64,000 nt of DNA, taken from the NCBI GenBank assembly GCA_945898045.1, contig CAMDGG010000002.1, forward strand, positions 19,231 to 83,230, read 5' to 3'. Shown piece by piece: positions 20,174 through 30,828 of this stretch. The translations under genes and the position numbers were made by a program. The notes under the pieces were generated by a model. The model was given only the letters and a program-made list of their open reading frames with translations. It ran no database searches and had not been told where the DNA came from. Source of the stretch: a bacterium UBP8_UBA817. GTDB lineage: Bacteria; Margulisbacteria; Marinamargulisbacteria; SXXA01; SICP01. How positions within the stretch are numbered: the stretch's first letter is position 1; each line of letters opens with the position of its first letter.

Positions 20174-20833
20174 ATGGATATAAGCATCACGATAATCAAG
20201 CTCATCATTTTCGCCACACCAGGAACCATTTCGCTATTTATCTATCAAAAACTAACAGGACAACATCCCAAGAACGATTTACAATCAATCATCTCACTCA
20301 CTGTACTATCTGTACCAAACTACATTTTGTCAGGATTAATACTTGATCAATCTCCTTTCAAACTCCTGGAATTATTTCTATCAAATCCCAAAGAAATTCC
20401 ATGGATAGGCTTAATCACAGCAACTTTAACCTCAGCAGCACTTCCTTTCTTATACGCCAGTATCAACAAATACAAAATCATCAATAAAATAGGGCAGAAA
20501 ATAAAAGCCACAAACAGATTCGGAGATGAAGATCTTTGGGAATTTTTCCAAAACGGAAAAGCAAAAACAGAACAGAACAAATGGCTTTTTATACGAGATC
20601 TCAGAGTCAACCTATGCTATTACGGATGGATCGAACATTTTTCAGAATCCAATCAAGATAGAGAATTAATTATCTCGGATGTAACGGTCTATGATAATAT
20701 AAACGGCACAGAATTATACGCCACAAAATCACTCTATATCTGCAGAAATAAATTTGAAATTACAATTGAAATCCCTATTATTCCCAACGAAAAAAATAAG
20801 GAGAATAAGAATGCCAAGACACACTCAAACTAA
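20174..20833 (+). CDS. DUF6338-like membrane protein
   Basis: N-terminal TM helices beginning IIFATPG, then DLWEFF...W.FIRD...YYGWIEHFS...RELII; AT-rich. Confidence 0.65.
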   Translation: MDISITIIKLIIFATPGTISLFIYQKLTGQHPKNDLQSIISLTVLSVPNYILSGLILDQSPFKLLELFLSNPKEIPWIGLITATLTSAALPFLYASINKYKIINKIGQKIKATNRFGDEDLWEFFQNGKAKTEQNKWLFIRDLRVNLCYYGWIEHFSESNQDRELIISDVTVYDNINGTELYATKSLYICRNKFEITIEIPIIPNEKNKENKNAKTHSN

Positions 20834-20957
20834 ACCTACCCCCTCAATATCAGAAGGTCCCTATAGAAAAGGAGGGACAAACTCCCCGCCAACAACAAGC
20901 AAACCCACCATTAGTCCAGCAGGCCAAGGGCCCAAACCACATTCCCACACAAGATAA
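20811..20957 (+). CDS. Small Pro/Thr/Gly-rich peptide (48 aa)
   Basis: Strong SD AAGGAG 7 nt before ATG 20811; overlaps the DUF6338 3' end; stops 6 nt before hisH. Confidence 0.6.
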   Translation: MPRHTQTKPTPSISEGPYRKGGTNSPPTTSKPTISPAGQGPKPHSHTR

Positions 20958-20963
20958 TCAACC

Positions 20964-21584
20964 ATGAAATTAACCATTGCAGACTACGGAGCGGGCAACA
21001 TTAGAAGCGTGCAAAAAGCGATCGAAGCCATTGGCTACACGGTAAATATTTCCTCTTCCCCCAAAGAAATCGCCGAAACAGACCTCCTCATTCTACCGGG
21101 ACAAGGCGCATTCGAAGACGCGATGACCAACCTCAAATCCTGTGGCCTTATCCCCATCATCAAAGACCACATTCAAGCAAAAAAACCCTACCTCGGCATT
21201 TGCTTAGGCCTCCAAATTCTTTTTGAAACCTCCGAAGAAAATGGCATCCACGAAGGGCTAGGAATTTTTAAAGGCAGCGTCAAAAAATTCCAAGATCCCG
21301 CCTTAAAAATCCCCCACATGGGATGGAATACACTCACCATCAAAAAAGATCCCAACAACGTTTTTGATACACTCACATCGCCCATACACGCTTACTTCGT
21401 ACACTCCTATTATATAGAAACCCCAGACACAGACATTATCTCGACAACAACCGATTATGGCATTCCGTTTACATCCAGCATTCAAACCCCACATCTACTC
21501 GCAACACAATTCCACCCCGAAAAAAGCAGCCAGATAGGCCTCACTGTTCTTGCCAACTACCTAGCCTCTCAGCTCAAAAAATAA
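20964..21584 (+). CDS. hisH: Imidazole glycerol phosphate synthase glutaminase subunit
   Basis: [38 protein letters not shown]. Confidence 0.98.
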   Translation: MKLTIADYGAGNIRSVQKAIEAIGYTVNISSSPKEIAETDLLILPGQGAFEDAMTNLKSCGLIPIIKDHIQAKKPYLGICLGLQILFETSEENGIHEGLGIFKGSVKKFQDPALKIPHMGWNTLTIKKDPNNVFDTLTSPIHAYFVHSYYIETPDTDIISTTTDYGIPFTSSIQTPHLLATQFHPEKSSQIGLTVLANYLASQLKK

Positions 21585-21587
21585 ACG

Positions 21588-24227
21588 ATGCAAACCGAAA
21601 TCAAAATCACTGGCGCCAAAGTCCATAACCTCAAAAACGTTTCTTTAACGATTCCAAGAAACGCACTCGTAGTGTTCACGGGCCTTTCTGGATCTGGCAA
21701 ATCTTCTCTTGCATTCGATACAATTTACGCTGAAGGCCAACGTCGTTACATGGAATCTCTCTCAGCATACGCCCGACAGTTTTTACACCAACTCGACAAA
21801 CCCGACGTCGACCATATTGAAGGCCTTTCTCCAGCTATTTCCATCGACCAAAAAGCAGCCTCTCACAACCCTCGGTCTACTGTCGCCACCATCACAGAAA
21901 TCTATGATTACTTCCGGCTGCTATTCGCCAACATCGGCAAACCGCACTGCCCCATCTGTGACGCAGAGATTAAAAGCCAATCCGTACAAGAAATCGTAGA
22001 CCAAATCACACACTGGCCCAAAGACACCCAGATTTTACTCCTCGCCCCCTGCATCAGCGAAAAAAAAGGAACCCACAAAGAACTCCTAGATCAACTCAAC
22101 AAAGACGGCTTCACCCGTGTCCGAATCAACGGAGAAATCAAACGACTTAGCGAACCCATTATCTTGGACAAAAACAATAAACACACGTTAGAAATTGTAG
22201 TAGACCGACTGAGCATCACAGATGAAAACCAAAGTCGTCTCAGTGAATCGATTGAAACCTGTCTGCGCTACACAGAAGGGACTATAAAAGTAGAAAATAC
22301 AGATACCGGCACACAACAACTTTTTTCCGAACACCTCGCCTGCCCCAACGGCCACATGAGTTACGCCGAAATTTCACACCGCCTTTTCTCATTTAATTCT
22401 CCTGTTGGAGCCTGTACAGAATGCAAAGGCCTCGGCGACTCTTTAGACTTCGATGTCGATCTCGTCAGAAAAAATGCGAGCAATCTCAAACGATTTCTCT
22501 TTGTCCGACATATTGGCGACAATTTAGACAGCTTAATCGCCGCACTCAGACGCCGCTACCATCAAACAGAATCCGAAAAAGTCCGCTTATTTTTCAGAAA
22601 TTACATGACCTCCAAACCCTGCGACACCTGCCAAGGCCAACGCTTAAAGCCAGAAGTCCTCGCTATCAGAATCGCCGACAAAAACATCGCGCAACTCACC
22701 CATCTTAGCGTGCGAGACCTCATCCCCTTTTTCCAAACCTTAAAGCTCACCGAAAAAGAACAACAAATATCCAATCAAATACTAAAAGAAATCACCGCCC
22801 GTCTCTCATTTTTAAATAACGTCGGCCTCAACTATCTCACCCTCAGCAGACGCTCAGGCTCCCTCTCAGGCGGAGAATATCAACGCATACGGCTCGCCAC
22901 ACAAATTGGCGCAGGACTCACTGGCGTTTTGTACGTCTTAGATGAACCCAGTATCGGTCTCCATCAACGAGATAATCTACGTCTCATCGAAACCCTCATT
23001 CGACTTCGCGATCTCGGCAACACCCTCATCGTCGTTGAGCACGACGAAGACACCATACAAAAAGCAGACTACGTCGTCGACATCGGCCCTGGCGCCGGAA
23101 AAGCAGGCGGAAACGTGGTCTTTGCAGGCACCGTCCCAGAACTTCTAACCGATCCCAATTCCATCACAGGCGCCTACCTCACTGGTAAAAAGAAAATAGA
23201 CATCCCCAAAAAACGCCGTCCCATCACCCCAGAAAAAGCCATAAAAATCACAGGTGCACGCGAAAATAATCTTAAAAATATCGACGTCACATTCCCGCTC
23301 AGTGTCCTCACCGCCATCACCGGCGTATCAGGTTCCGGAAAAAGCACCCTCATTCACGACATCCTCCACAAAAGCATCATGCGCCATTTCCATAACAGCA
23401 AAGAACGCCCCGGACTTCACGACGACATCCAAGGCCTAGACCATATCGACAAACTCATCACCATCGACCAATCTCCCATCGGACGCACCCCCCGATCCAA
23501 TCCCGTCACCTACACGGACGCTTTCACGCCCATCCGGGACTTATTCGCCCAAACCAACGAAGCCAAAATACGAGGCTTCAAACCAGGCCGATTTAGCTTC
23601 AACGTCAAAGGAGGCCGCTGCGAAGCCTGCGAAGGCGATGGCCTCATCAAAATCGAAATGCACTTCTTATCCGACGTCTACGTCACCTGCGACATCTGCA
23701 AAGGCAAACGCTACAACCCCGAAACCCTCACCGTCAAATTCAAAGGCCACACCATTGCAGACGTCCTCAACATGACCGTCACAGAAGCCCTAGACCTCTT
23801 CACCAACATCCCGCAAATTAAAAACAAACTCAAAACCATACAAGAAGTAGGCCTCGGCTACATCCAACTCGGCCAAAATGCCACCACCCTCTCCGGCGGC
23901 GAAGCCCAACGCATCAAACTCGCCAAAGAACTCAGCAAACGCAGCACCGGAAAAACCCTCTACCTCCTAGACGAACCCACCACCGGCCTCCACTTCGAAG
24001 ACATCCGCAAACTGCTCGAAGTCCTCAACAAACTCGTCGACACCGGCAACACCATCATCGTCATCGAACACAACCTAGACGTCATCAAAACAGCAGACCA
24101 CATCATTGACCTAGGCCCAGACGGCGGCGACGCAGGCGGCCAACTCATCGCCCAAGGCACCCCCGAACAAATCGCCAAAGTAAAAACATCTTACACAGGA
24201 CAATTTCTTAAAAATTCCCTCAAATAA
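21588..24227 (+). CDS. uvrA: Excinuclease ABC subunit A
   Basis: [14 protein letters not shown], Zn fingers, [32 protein letters not shown]. Confidence 0.99.
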   Translation: MQTEIKITGAKVHNLKNVSLTIPRNALVVFTGLSGSGKSSLAFDTIYAEGQRRYMESLSAYARQFLHQLDKPDVDHIEGLSPAISIDQKAASHNPRSTVATITEIYDYFRLLFANIGKPHCPICDAEIKSQSVQEIVDQITHWPKDTQILLLAPCISEKKGTHKELLDQLNKDGFTRVRINGEIKRLSEPIILDKNNKHTLEIVVDRLSITDENQSRLSESIETCLRYTEGTIKVENTDTGTQQLFSEHLACPNGHMSYAEISHRLFSFNSPVGACTECKGLGDSLDFDVDLVRKNASNLKRFLFVRHIGDNLDSLIAALRRRYHQTESEKVRLFFRNYMTSKPCDTCQGQRLKPEVLAIRIADKNIAQLTHLSVRDLIPFFQTLKLTEKEQQISNQILKEITARLSFLNNVGLNYLTLSRRSGSLSGGEYQRIRLATQIGAGLTGVLYVLDEPSIGLHQRDNLRLIETLIRLRDLGNTLIVVEHDEDTIQKADYVVDIGPGAGKAGGNVVFAGTVPELLTDPNSITGAYLTGKKKIDIPKKRRPITPEKAIKITGARENNLKNIDVTFPLSVLTAITGVSGSGKSTLIHDILHKSIMRHFHNSKERPGLHDDIQGLDHIDKLITIDQSPIGRTPRSNPVTYTDAFTPIRDLFAQTNEAKIRGFKPGRFSFNVKGGRCEACEGDGLIKIEMHFLSDVYVTCDICKGKRYNPETLTVKFKGHTIADVLNMTVTEALDLFTNIPQIKNKLKTIQEVGLGYIQLGQNATTLSGGEAQRIKLAKELSKRSTGKTLYLLDEPTTGLHFEDIRKLLEVLNKLVDTGNTIIVIEHNLDVIKTADHIIDLGPDGGDAGGQLIAQGTPEQIAKVKTSYTGQFLKNSLK

Positions 24228-24252
24228 AAAGTGTCAACCTCAAATAAAAAGT
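24218..24252. repeat. Tandem 15-bp duplication spanning the uvrA stop
   Basis: CCTCAAATAAAAAGT at 24218-24232 and 24238-24252. Confidence 0.75.
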
Positions 24253-24287
24253 TGACCATTTTTTCGAGTGTCGATAAAATAGTCGAA
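24252..24287 (+). promoter_or_regulatory. Sigma70 promoter with overlapping imperfect palindrome (repeat copy 1)
   Basis: TTGACC-N17-TAAAAT; 24254-24287 matches 25544-25577 at 30/34 positions. Confidence 0.65.
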
Positions 24288-24289
24288 TA

Positions 24290-25528
24290 ATGAAACAGCA
24301 AAAAAGATATTTAGAAGACGTCATAAAATCACTTTGCTTCAACACTAAAAATCCAAAAATGGCCTTTATTGCTGGGCCTCGACAAGCAGGAAAGACAACG
24401 TGTGCAAAACATCTTTTAGCAGAAAGAAAAAATAGCTACTACCACAATTGGGACGACAAAACCGTCCGAAAAATTTGGGCCAAAGATCCTAAAGAACTAC
24501 TAACCAAAAAAAAGGCGCCTAAACCGCTCATTATTTTTGACGAAATACATAAAGCCAAAGGCTGGAAAAGAACCCTAAAAGGACTCTACGACACCCTCAC
24601 GTTTCCACAAGATATTGTGGTAACAGGCAGCACAAAACTCAACACATACCGCAAAAGTTCCGACAGCCTAATGGGCCGCTATTATTACTTCCGACTACAT
24701 CCATTTTCACTCAGTGAATTAACAAACCTCAACCATATATTACTCCCTGAACAACTCACAAAAAAACTTTTGCAAACCCAAGCCATTCCATCTACACCAA
24801 AAGAAATAAAAACGCTTGAAGACCTCATGACTTTTGGCCCATTCCCAGAACCGTATCTAGCAAAATCCAAACAAATTTTGCAACTGTGGCAAATGGGCCG
24901 AGTCGACAAGGTCGTCAATGAAGAACTGCGAGATCTAAGTAAACTCCCCGAACTTAATCAAATCAGCCTGCTCGTAAGCTTGCTACCAGAACGTGTCGGA
25001 AATCCAATCAGCATCACAACACTCAGACAGGATCTAGAGGTAGCGTATACCACTATCAAACGATGGCTCACTTATCTTGAAGCCCTTTATTACCATTACG
25101 AAATCAAACCCTATACACACAAAATAAATCGAAGCCTTAAAAAAGAAGGCAAACTCTATCTTTGGGACTGGAGTGAGGTTGAAAATGAAGGCAGTCGATT
25201 TGAAAATTTGATCGCATCCCATCTATTTAAATATTGTGATTACCTCGTTGATACTGGCCAATCCAGAGCAGAGCTAAGATACGTAAAAACCAAAGAAAAA
25301 AAAGAACTCGATTTCGTCGTCCTCAATCACAAAAAACCCTTTCTCGCCATCGAGGTTAAATTACACGATGAAAGCCCCTCTTCAAACTGGAAAACATTAC
25401 TTCCAAAATTAAATCTTGACTTCGGAATACAAGTCGTCAAAACACCCCATATTTACCAAAGACATATATTCCCATGGGGAACCATTTATGTAATGAGTGC
25501 TGAAAAACTACTCAAGTTTCTTGCCTAA
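24290..25528 (+). CDS. AAA_14/DUF4143 family ATPase
   Basis: GPRQAGKT, FDEIHK, VTGS, SLMGRY, FENL, KELDFV..AIEVK. Confidence 0.92.
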   Translation: MKQQKRYLEDVIKSLCFNTKNPKMAFIAGPRQAGKTTCAKHLLAERKNSYYHNWDDKTVRKIWAKDPKELLTKKKAPKPLIIFDEIHKAKGWKRTLKGLYDTLTFPQDIVVTGSTKLNTYRKSSDSLMGRYYYFRLHPFSLSELTNLNHILLPEQLTKKLLQTQAIPSTPKEIKTLEDLMTFGPFPEPYLAKSKQILQLWQMGRVDKVVNEELRDLSKLPELNQISLLVSLLPERVGNPISITTLRQDLEVAYTTIKRWLTYLEALYYHYEIKPYTHKINRSLKKEGKLYLWDWSEVENEGSRFENLIASHLFKYCDYLVDTGQSRAELRYVKTKEKKELDFVVLNHKKPFLAIEVKLHDESPSSNWKTLLPKLNLDFGIQVVKTPHIYQRHIFPWGTIYVMSAEKLLKFLA

Positions 25529-25543
25529 GCCCTTCAAAATTCC

Positions 25544-25577
25544 GACCATATTTTCGTCAGTCGATAAAATAGTCGAA
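25544..25577. repeat. Second copy of the 34-bp palindromic repeat downstream of the AAA_14 gene
   Basis: GACCATATTTTCGTCAGTCGATAAAATAGTCGAA vs GACCATTTTTTCGAGTGTCGATAAAATAGTCGAA. Confidence 0.75.
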
Positions 25578-25628
25578 AAACAACCCGCTTTCACCAAAGC
25601 AAAGAATCCATTACAATAACCAGTTCAA

Positions 25629-26990
25629 ATGCAAGATAAAATACCACCGCAGGATCTCGACGCCGAACAAGCTGTTCTAGGCGCCATGATGATTTCGAAA
25701 GATGCTACAGCAATTGTTGTTGGCAAACTACGCACCGATCATTTTTATCGTCCGGCGCATGTCCATATCTTCCAAGCACTTTTAGATCTCTATCGCAAAA
25801 ACGAACCTGTTGATCTTGTTACTGTTGCAAGTGAGCTCAAAAAACAAAACAAACTAGAAGATGCTGGCGGAAGAACCTATCTGGCCGAAATCATCAACTC
25901 CGTACCAACAGCGGCCAACGCCGAACGCTATAGCCAAATCGTTCTCGAAAAAGCCATGGCCCGAAAACTTATCGATGCCGGCTCCACCATGATCAGCGAT
26001 GCCTTTGATGACGGACAAGAAATTGACGGCGCCCTCGAAGCAGCCCAACGCGCGCTCATCGATATTTCCAAAGACCACGTCCAAGACCAATTCGTCAAAA
26101 TAGACAGTGTACTCAAAACCGTTTTCGACGACATACAAAGCATCTACGACAGCAAAGGCGAAAAATTATTGGGTGTTCCTAGTGGCTTCAAAGACTACGA
26201 CACCATCACCTCAGGATTTCAAAAATCCGATCTTATTATCCTCGCCGCCAGACCCGCCATGGGAAAAACAACTTTGGCCCTCAACTTCGCTACAAATGCC
26301 GCGATTTTACACAAAATACCCGTTGCCATTTTCAGCCTGGAAATGCCCAAAGAACAACTCGCGCTTCGTCTACTTTCATCAGAATCCAAACTAGATTCTA
26401 AACGCCTCCGAACCGCCAACCTCCACGAACATGAATATAAAAATCTCATGCACGGACTCGGCACACTCTCAGAAGCACCTATTTATATTGACGACTCCCC
26501 CGGAATATCCCCGTTAGATTTACGTGCTAAAACCCGACGTCTTCAAATGGAAGCAGATATCCAACTGATTATCATCGATTACTTACAACTCATGCGCGGC
26601 GGTAAAAAACGCATCGAAAACCGCTTCCAAGAAGTCTCCGAAATCGTCCGAGAAGTCAAAGCATTCGCCAAAGAATCCAAGATTCCCATCATCGCCCTCT
26701 CCCAGCTCAGTCGTGCCGTCGAACAACGCACCGACAAACGCCCCATGCTAAGTGACCTTAGAGAATCTGGAGAAATCGAGCAAACCGCTGACCTCGTACT
26801 CTTTATCAATAGAAATGACTATTACGAACAAAATGAAACCGCTCCCAACCAAGCCAGCATCACCGATCTTATTATTGCAAAACACAGAAACGGCCCAACA
26901 GGGGACGTAAAACTCATGTTCAGAAAAGATATTTCCAAATTTATATCCGCAGATAAGCAACCTCCGCCAAGCCCCAAAAACGAGTTCTAA
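25629..26990 (+). CDS. dnaB: Replicative DNA helicase
   Basis: PPQDLDAEQAVLG, AARPAMGKT, FSLEM, IDYLQL, LSQLSR, LRESGEIEQTAD, KHRNGPTG. Confidence 0.99.
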   Translation: MQDKIPPQDLDAEQAVLGAMMISKDATAIVVGKLRTDHFYRPAHVHIFQALLDLYRKNEPVDLVTVASELKKQNKLEDAGGRTYLAEIINSVPTAANAERYSQIVLEKAMARKLIDAGSTMISDAFDDGQEIDGALEAAQRALIDISKDHVQDQFVKIDSVLKTVFDDIQSIYDSKGEKLLGVPSGFKDYDTITSGFQKSDLIILAARPAMGKTTLALNFATNAAILHKIPVAIFSLEMPKEQLALRLLSSESKLDSKRLRTANLHEHEYKNLMHGLGTLSEAPIYIDDSPGISPLDLRAKTRRLQMEADIQLIIIDYLQLMRGGKKRIENRFQEVSEIVREVKAFAKESKIPIIALSQLSRAVEQRTDKRPMLSDLRESGEIEQTADLVLFINRNDYYEQNETAPNQASITDLIIAKHRNGPTGDVKLMFRKDISKFISADKQPPPSPKNEF

Positions 26991-26993
26991 CCA

Positions 26994-28505
26994 ATGCGCA
27001 AGATCTGTCATCTATGCTTACTTATTTGCCTCGTCACACGCCTCCAGACCCACGCTATCGACAAACCTCAAATAACTCTAGAGGGGAATATTATAGACTA
27101 CGATCACGTCTCCAAAAATATTCTAGCGTCGGGCAATATTGTCCTTACCTATAAAAACTACACCATTCATGCAGAAAATTTAGACTATCGCATGCTCGAA
27201 AAAACAATAAAATTCCCAGGAATCTCCACCGTCAACAGAGGGAATACAGAACTTAAAACAGAAAATTTTAACTACAACTTCAAAACCTACACAGGGCAAG
27301 CCGAAAACATTGACGGCCACGTCAGTAAACTCAACATCAGGGGTAAAAAAGCAATTTTCACACCAGAAAATATTCAGCTCCTCAACACCACTGTCAGCAC
27401 ATGTGGGTGTAATGCCACACCCAGATACGATCTAACTGCGCATCGCTTATATATCTACCCGCAAATCGGACTTTTCGCAGCCTTTGATAACTGGTTAACA
27501 ACCACCATCCTTCCTTTCCCACTTTGGATCCCAACCTACGTCTACGGATCAAGCCAAGCATCCTTAGTCGCCATTCCCAATATCGGCAGCAATAGACAAG
27601 AAGGCCTCTATATCAAAGAGCAATTTGGATATTTCATTAATCCGCTCTCCAACGGCAGCACAGGCATTGGCGCCTCCCAAAAACTAGGTTTTCATATTGG
27701 CGTAAACCACAACCAAACTCTAGATGCAGAAAATAGCTTCACAACAAGCCTTCAATATACCCAAGGAAATAATTTTGATGGCAGACTCACCTATCGCCGA
27801 AATTTCCTCAAAACCAAAACCGTCATTCCCACAGAAAATGAAGACTTTTTAAACAATTTCACACAAAACACATTGAGTTCATCAGGCCATTTCACCGCAC
27901 AAGCCACTTTCAAAGAAATCATCGCCAATTCCTTCGTCACTAAAGCACCTTACTTCAGTTTAGAAATCGACAAATTCAAACTCCATAAGTCTAATATAAA
28001 TTTTTTCTACAGTATCCATGCAGGTCATATCCGAGAAATGACCCTCACAAGAAATATCATAGAAGACGCACAATACAACATCAATTTTGGCTTCAGCCAT
28101 ATACAAAACCTTTCTACAGACTGGACATTCGCAAAAACACTCGACTACTACGGCTATTGGTATAATCAATATAAACCCTGGCAGCGATTCGCCTCCGAAT
28201 TCAAGCTAAGCAATCAAAATCTGTTTCTAAACCCTGTCTTGATTTACCGAAAACTTCTTGCCGGACAAGGAGAAAGCCCCTTCAGTTTTCAAGGCAATTT
28301 CCAATTCTTAAGCGATGAATTGGGATTCAACCTTTCTCATAGAATAGGCTTCACCGAATTCAGCATACACGAAGATTACGTCCTCAAAACCAAGCGCCCC
28401 CGCACATTAGACTACACCGTCCTATTTCACCTAAACTGCTTCAAACTCTCCCTAAGCTGGAGATCCGTCCTAGAACAAGCACAGCTAGGTGTCGAACTCC
28501 TCTAA
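26994..28505 (+). CDS. LptD/OstA-like outer-membrane assembly protein
   Basis: Signal peptide; OstA-like N-terminus (IDYD...ASGNIVLTY...AENLDY), STC...PRY; beta-strand-rich C-terminus. Confidence 0.65.
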   Translation: MRKICHLCLLICLVTRLQTHAIDKPQITLEGNIIDYDHVSKNILASGNIVLTYKNYTIHAENLDYRMLEKTIKFPGISTVNRGNTELKTENFNYNFKTYTGQAENIDGHVSKLNIRGKKAIFTPENIQLLNTTVSTCGCNATPRYDLTAHRLYIYPQIGLFAAFDNWLTTTILPFPLWIPTYVYGSSQASLVAIPNIGSNRQEGLYIKEQFGYFINPLSNGSTGIGASQKLGFHIGVNHNQTLDAENSFTTSLQYTQGNNFDGRLTYRRNFLKTKTVIPTENEDFLNNFTQNTLSSSGHFTAQATFKEIIANSFVTKAPYFSLEIDKFKLHKSNINFFYSIHAGHIREMTLTRNIIEDAQYNINFGFSHIQNLSTDWTFAKTLDYYGYWYNQYKPWQRFASEFKLSNQNLFLNPVLIYRKLLAGQGESPFSFQGNFQFLSDELGFNLSHRIGFTEFSIHEDYVLKTKRPRTLDYTVLFHLNCFKLSLSWRSVLEQAQLGVELL

Positions 28506-28508
28506 ATT

Positions 28509-28536
28509 TTGACTTATTAAAAAAAAAGACTACAAT
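28509..28536 (+). promoter_or_regulatory. Sigma70 promoter of tmRNA
   Basis: TTGACT-N16-TACAAT. Confidence 0.7.
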
Positions 28537-28549
28537 GAATCTCCCTCGT

Positions 28550-28953
28550 GGGGGTGTATTTGGCTTCGACGGGATAGATCTAAGATATGAGACGCGAGCC
28601 GAGGAGATGCCAGGCCTCGTAAAAAGGCATAAAAAAAATAGTTAACACAACTAAATTAGGTAAAACTCTAGCTTTTGATTTCGCACCAGCGAGGTTGGCA
28701 GCCTAGAAACCAAGCCACAGCCGCTTAATTAAGCAGCTGCGCCGTCCTCAAAGTCGTTGACGCTTTGAAAGACGCAACCAGTCAACTAGCCACTAGGTTT
28801 TGATCTCGGCCTAAGTAGCGAAATCAAGAAATCTCGCGATTAAACGCCTCGTTTTCAAGACGCTTAATCGTTAAATCAACTGAAAACTACGCTCGTAGTT
28901 GCCTCTTATCAAAGCTATTTCGGACACCGGTTCGATTCCGGTCACCTCCACCA
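28550..28953 (+). ncRNA. ssrA: tmRNA
   Basis: 5' GGGGGTGT...GGCTTCGACGG; 3' GGACACCGGTTCGATTCCGGTCACCTCCACCA; acceptor stem with G3-U; tag ORF ending LAA-stop at 28706. Confidence 0.95.
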
Positions 28954-28962
28954 TAATCCAAA

Positions 28963-29814
28963 CTAGCCCAAGATATTTTCTTGTTGATTTTGCAATTTCA
29001 AAATAGCTTTCGCATTTAATGCCGTAACCACTTTTTTACCGGTCTTAGCCTCCAATTCCTTCCGGGCCACCTTCGCAACATTTCCACCTTGTTTCGCCAC
29101 GATTTTACTCTCTTCAAAATCCTTTGGATTGACTACCGCCGAAATATCTTTGGTGGATGCTTCTGCAAGCATATTTAAAATCAGTTCGGTGTTCGTCATG
29201 TTATCCCGGAGATTTTCCTTCTTCAAACCTTTCAGTGCCCTATAGTCTTTAGTAGTTTTATCGGCCCATGCTTTGGTTATAATATCGGTGAGCGTTGCAA
29301 ACTGAACACCCTCCTTCAGACCTCGTTTTTTCCATTCATTTGTAAGTTCTTTACGTATCTCAATACTTTTCAGCCGTTGATTAATCCAGCTTTCAGAATA
29401 CCCCAATTGCAAATACTGCTCTAAAGCACGATCGATACTCAGTTCTGGATCTTGCATCTCATCTAGTCTTTCAGACGCTACTTGTGCAAGCCATAGTTTA
29501 AAGGGCTCAGCTTTGGGCGATGGGATAGATTGTATAAGGCGGAAAAGTTGTTCTGTGTCGGCAACATCGGTCATCCGCATTTTGCCATCAGGGGCCTTCA
29601 TTTTCAAACCGTTACAATTTGTAACGGTTTCATTCCCCTCATCCTTTAATCGCTTTTTTAACACCCGCCAATACACCTGAGGATTTGGGCTTTCTGTTAA
29701 TACGAAAATCACATCCACAACGGACAAATACCATTTTTCCTGATCAGCATCCCATAGCGTTCTTACTTTTTTGTCTTCAAATATTTTTATATCGTTTTCT
29801 TTTTTCATATTCAA
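28963..29814 (-). CDS. Bro-N domain DNA-binding protein (phage antirepressor-like)
   Basis: VRTLWDADQEKWYLSVVDVI...YWRVLKKRL..EG..VTNCNGLK..PDGKMR.TD...RLIQSIPSPKAEPFKLWLA; alternative ATG at 29808. Confidence 0.9.
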   Translation of the reverse strand: MNMKKENDIKIFEDKKVRTLWDADQEKWYLSVVDVIFVLTESPNPQVYWRVLKKRLKDEGNETVTNCNGLKMKAPDGKMRMTDVADTEQLFRLIQSIPSPKAEPFKLWLAQVASERLDEMQDPELSIDRALEQYLQLGYSESWINQRLKSIEIRKELTNEWKKRGLKEGVQFATLTDIITKAWADKTTKDYRALKGLKKENLRDNMTNTELILNMLAEASTKDISAVVNPKDFEESKIVAKQGGNVAKVARKELEAKTGKKVVTALNAKAILKLQNQQENILG

Positions 29815-30828
29815 TTACAAATTCCTTAACAGTTCATCAAAATCACTACTACTATTTTGAATTTGCTCCAAATGAAATAAATCATATTCTTTCTCCGCCA
29901 ACGCAATAGCTACATCATGAGAAACCTTTCCGCTATCTTGTAATATATCCTGCTCATTAAATTTCAAAAAAGAATCCATCTTTTCTGCCCAATCATTCAT
30001 CGTCATCACCTGACGATTTTGAGCCTGAAATTCTGCAAAATCCAGATACATCGTCACAATGCGATTAAGCTGATCTAATTCACTAGCCGTCAAATAATTT
30101 TTAGCGATGCCCACATCCGCTTTTCGTATCATACCCTTCGGCGAATTTTTCCAATTCGTGAGCCCCATATTTTCTTTTTCACGATCTACACGATCATAAA
30201 TTAGCTCAGCAGCCGTTTGCCCCGTAATAGCAAAATGCAATTTATTTTGAACCGTCGCAAAAAACTGCTGCGTTATTTCATGGTTCGGGTCATAGTCGGA
30301 ACTACACTTGGCATAAATATCCGTAATCTTCTGATAAAACCGCCGTTCACTAGACCGAACATCACGTATTCTCGCCAACTGCTCGTCAAAATAGTCTTTT
30401 CCAAAAGGTTGATTAGGATTTTTAAGGCGCTCATCATCCATCGTAAATCCTTTGATAATATATTCCTTGAGCCGCTCCGTTGCCCATATACGAAACAAAG
30501 TAGCATTCCGAGAATTTACCCGATACCCAACCGAAATAATGGCATCGAGATTGTAGCATTCTATTTGCCTAGTAACAGTTCTCAAGCCCTCTTGTTGAAC
30601 TTGTGCAAAATTTGCACAAGTTGAATCCCTAGCCAATTCTTCGGCTAAATAAATATTTTTTAGATGCTTGGTCACCACACTTCTGTCTACAGCAAACAAA
30701 GTTGCAATCTGAGACTGAGTTAGCCATAAAGTTTCATTATAAAGATGAATTTCTACATTCACCTTTCCATTCGGAGTTGTATAAAATAAAAAATTTTTGA
30801 TCACACCATAAGAACTAATATTTGTCAT
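29815..30828 (-). CDS. Virulence RhuM family protein
   Basis: ETLWLTQ, YNLDAIISVGYRVNS, KGFTMDDERLK, IRDVRSSERRFYQKITDIYA, QNKLHFAITGQTAAE. Confidence 0.93.
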   Translation of the reverse strand: MTNISSYGVIKNFLFYTTPNGKVNVEIHLYNETLWLTQSQIATLFAVDRSVVTKHLKNIYLAEELARDSTCANFAQVQQEGLRTVTRQIECYNLDAIISVGYRVNSRNATLFRIWATERLKEYIIKGFTMDDERLKNPNQPFGKDYFDEQLARIRDVRSSERRFYQKITDIYAKCSSDYDPNHEITQQFFATVQNKLHFAITGQTAAELIYDRVDREKENMGLTNWKNSPKGMIRKADVGIAKNYLTASELDQLNRIVTMYLDFAEFQAQNRQVMTMNDWAEKMDSFLKFNEQDILQDSGKVSHDVAIALAEKEYDLFHLEQIQNSSSDFDELLRNL

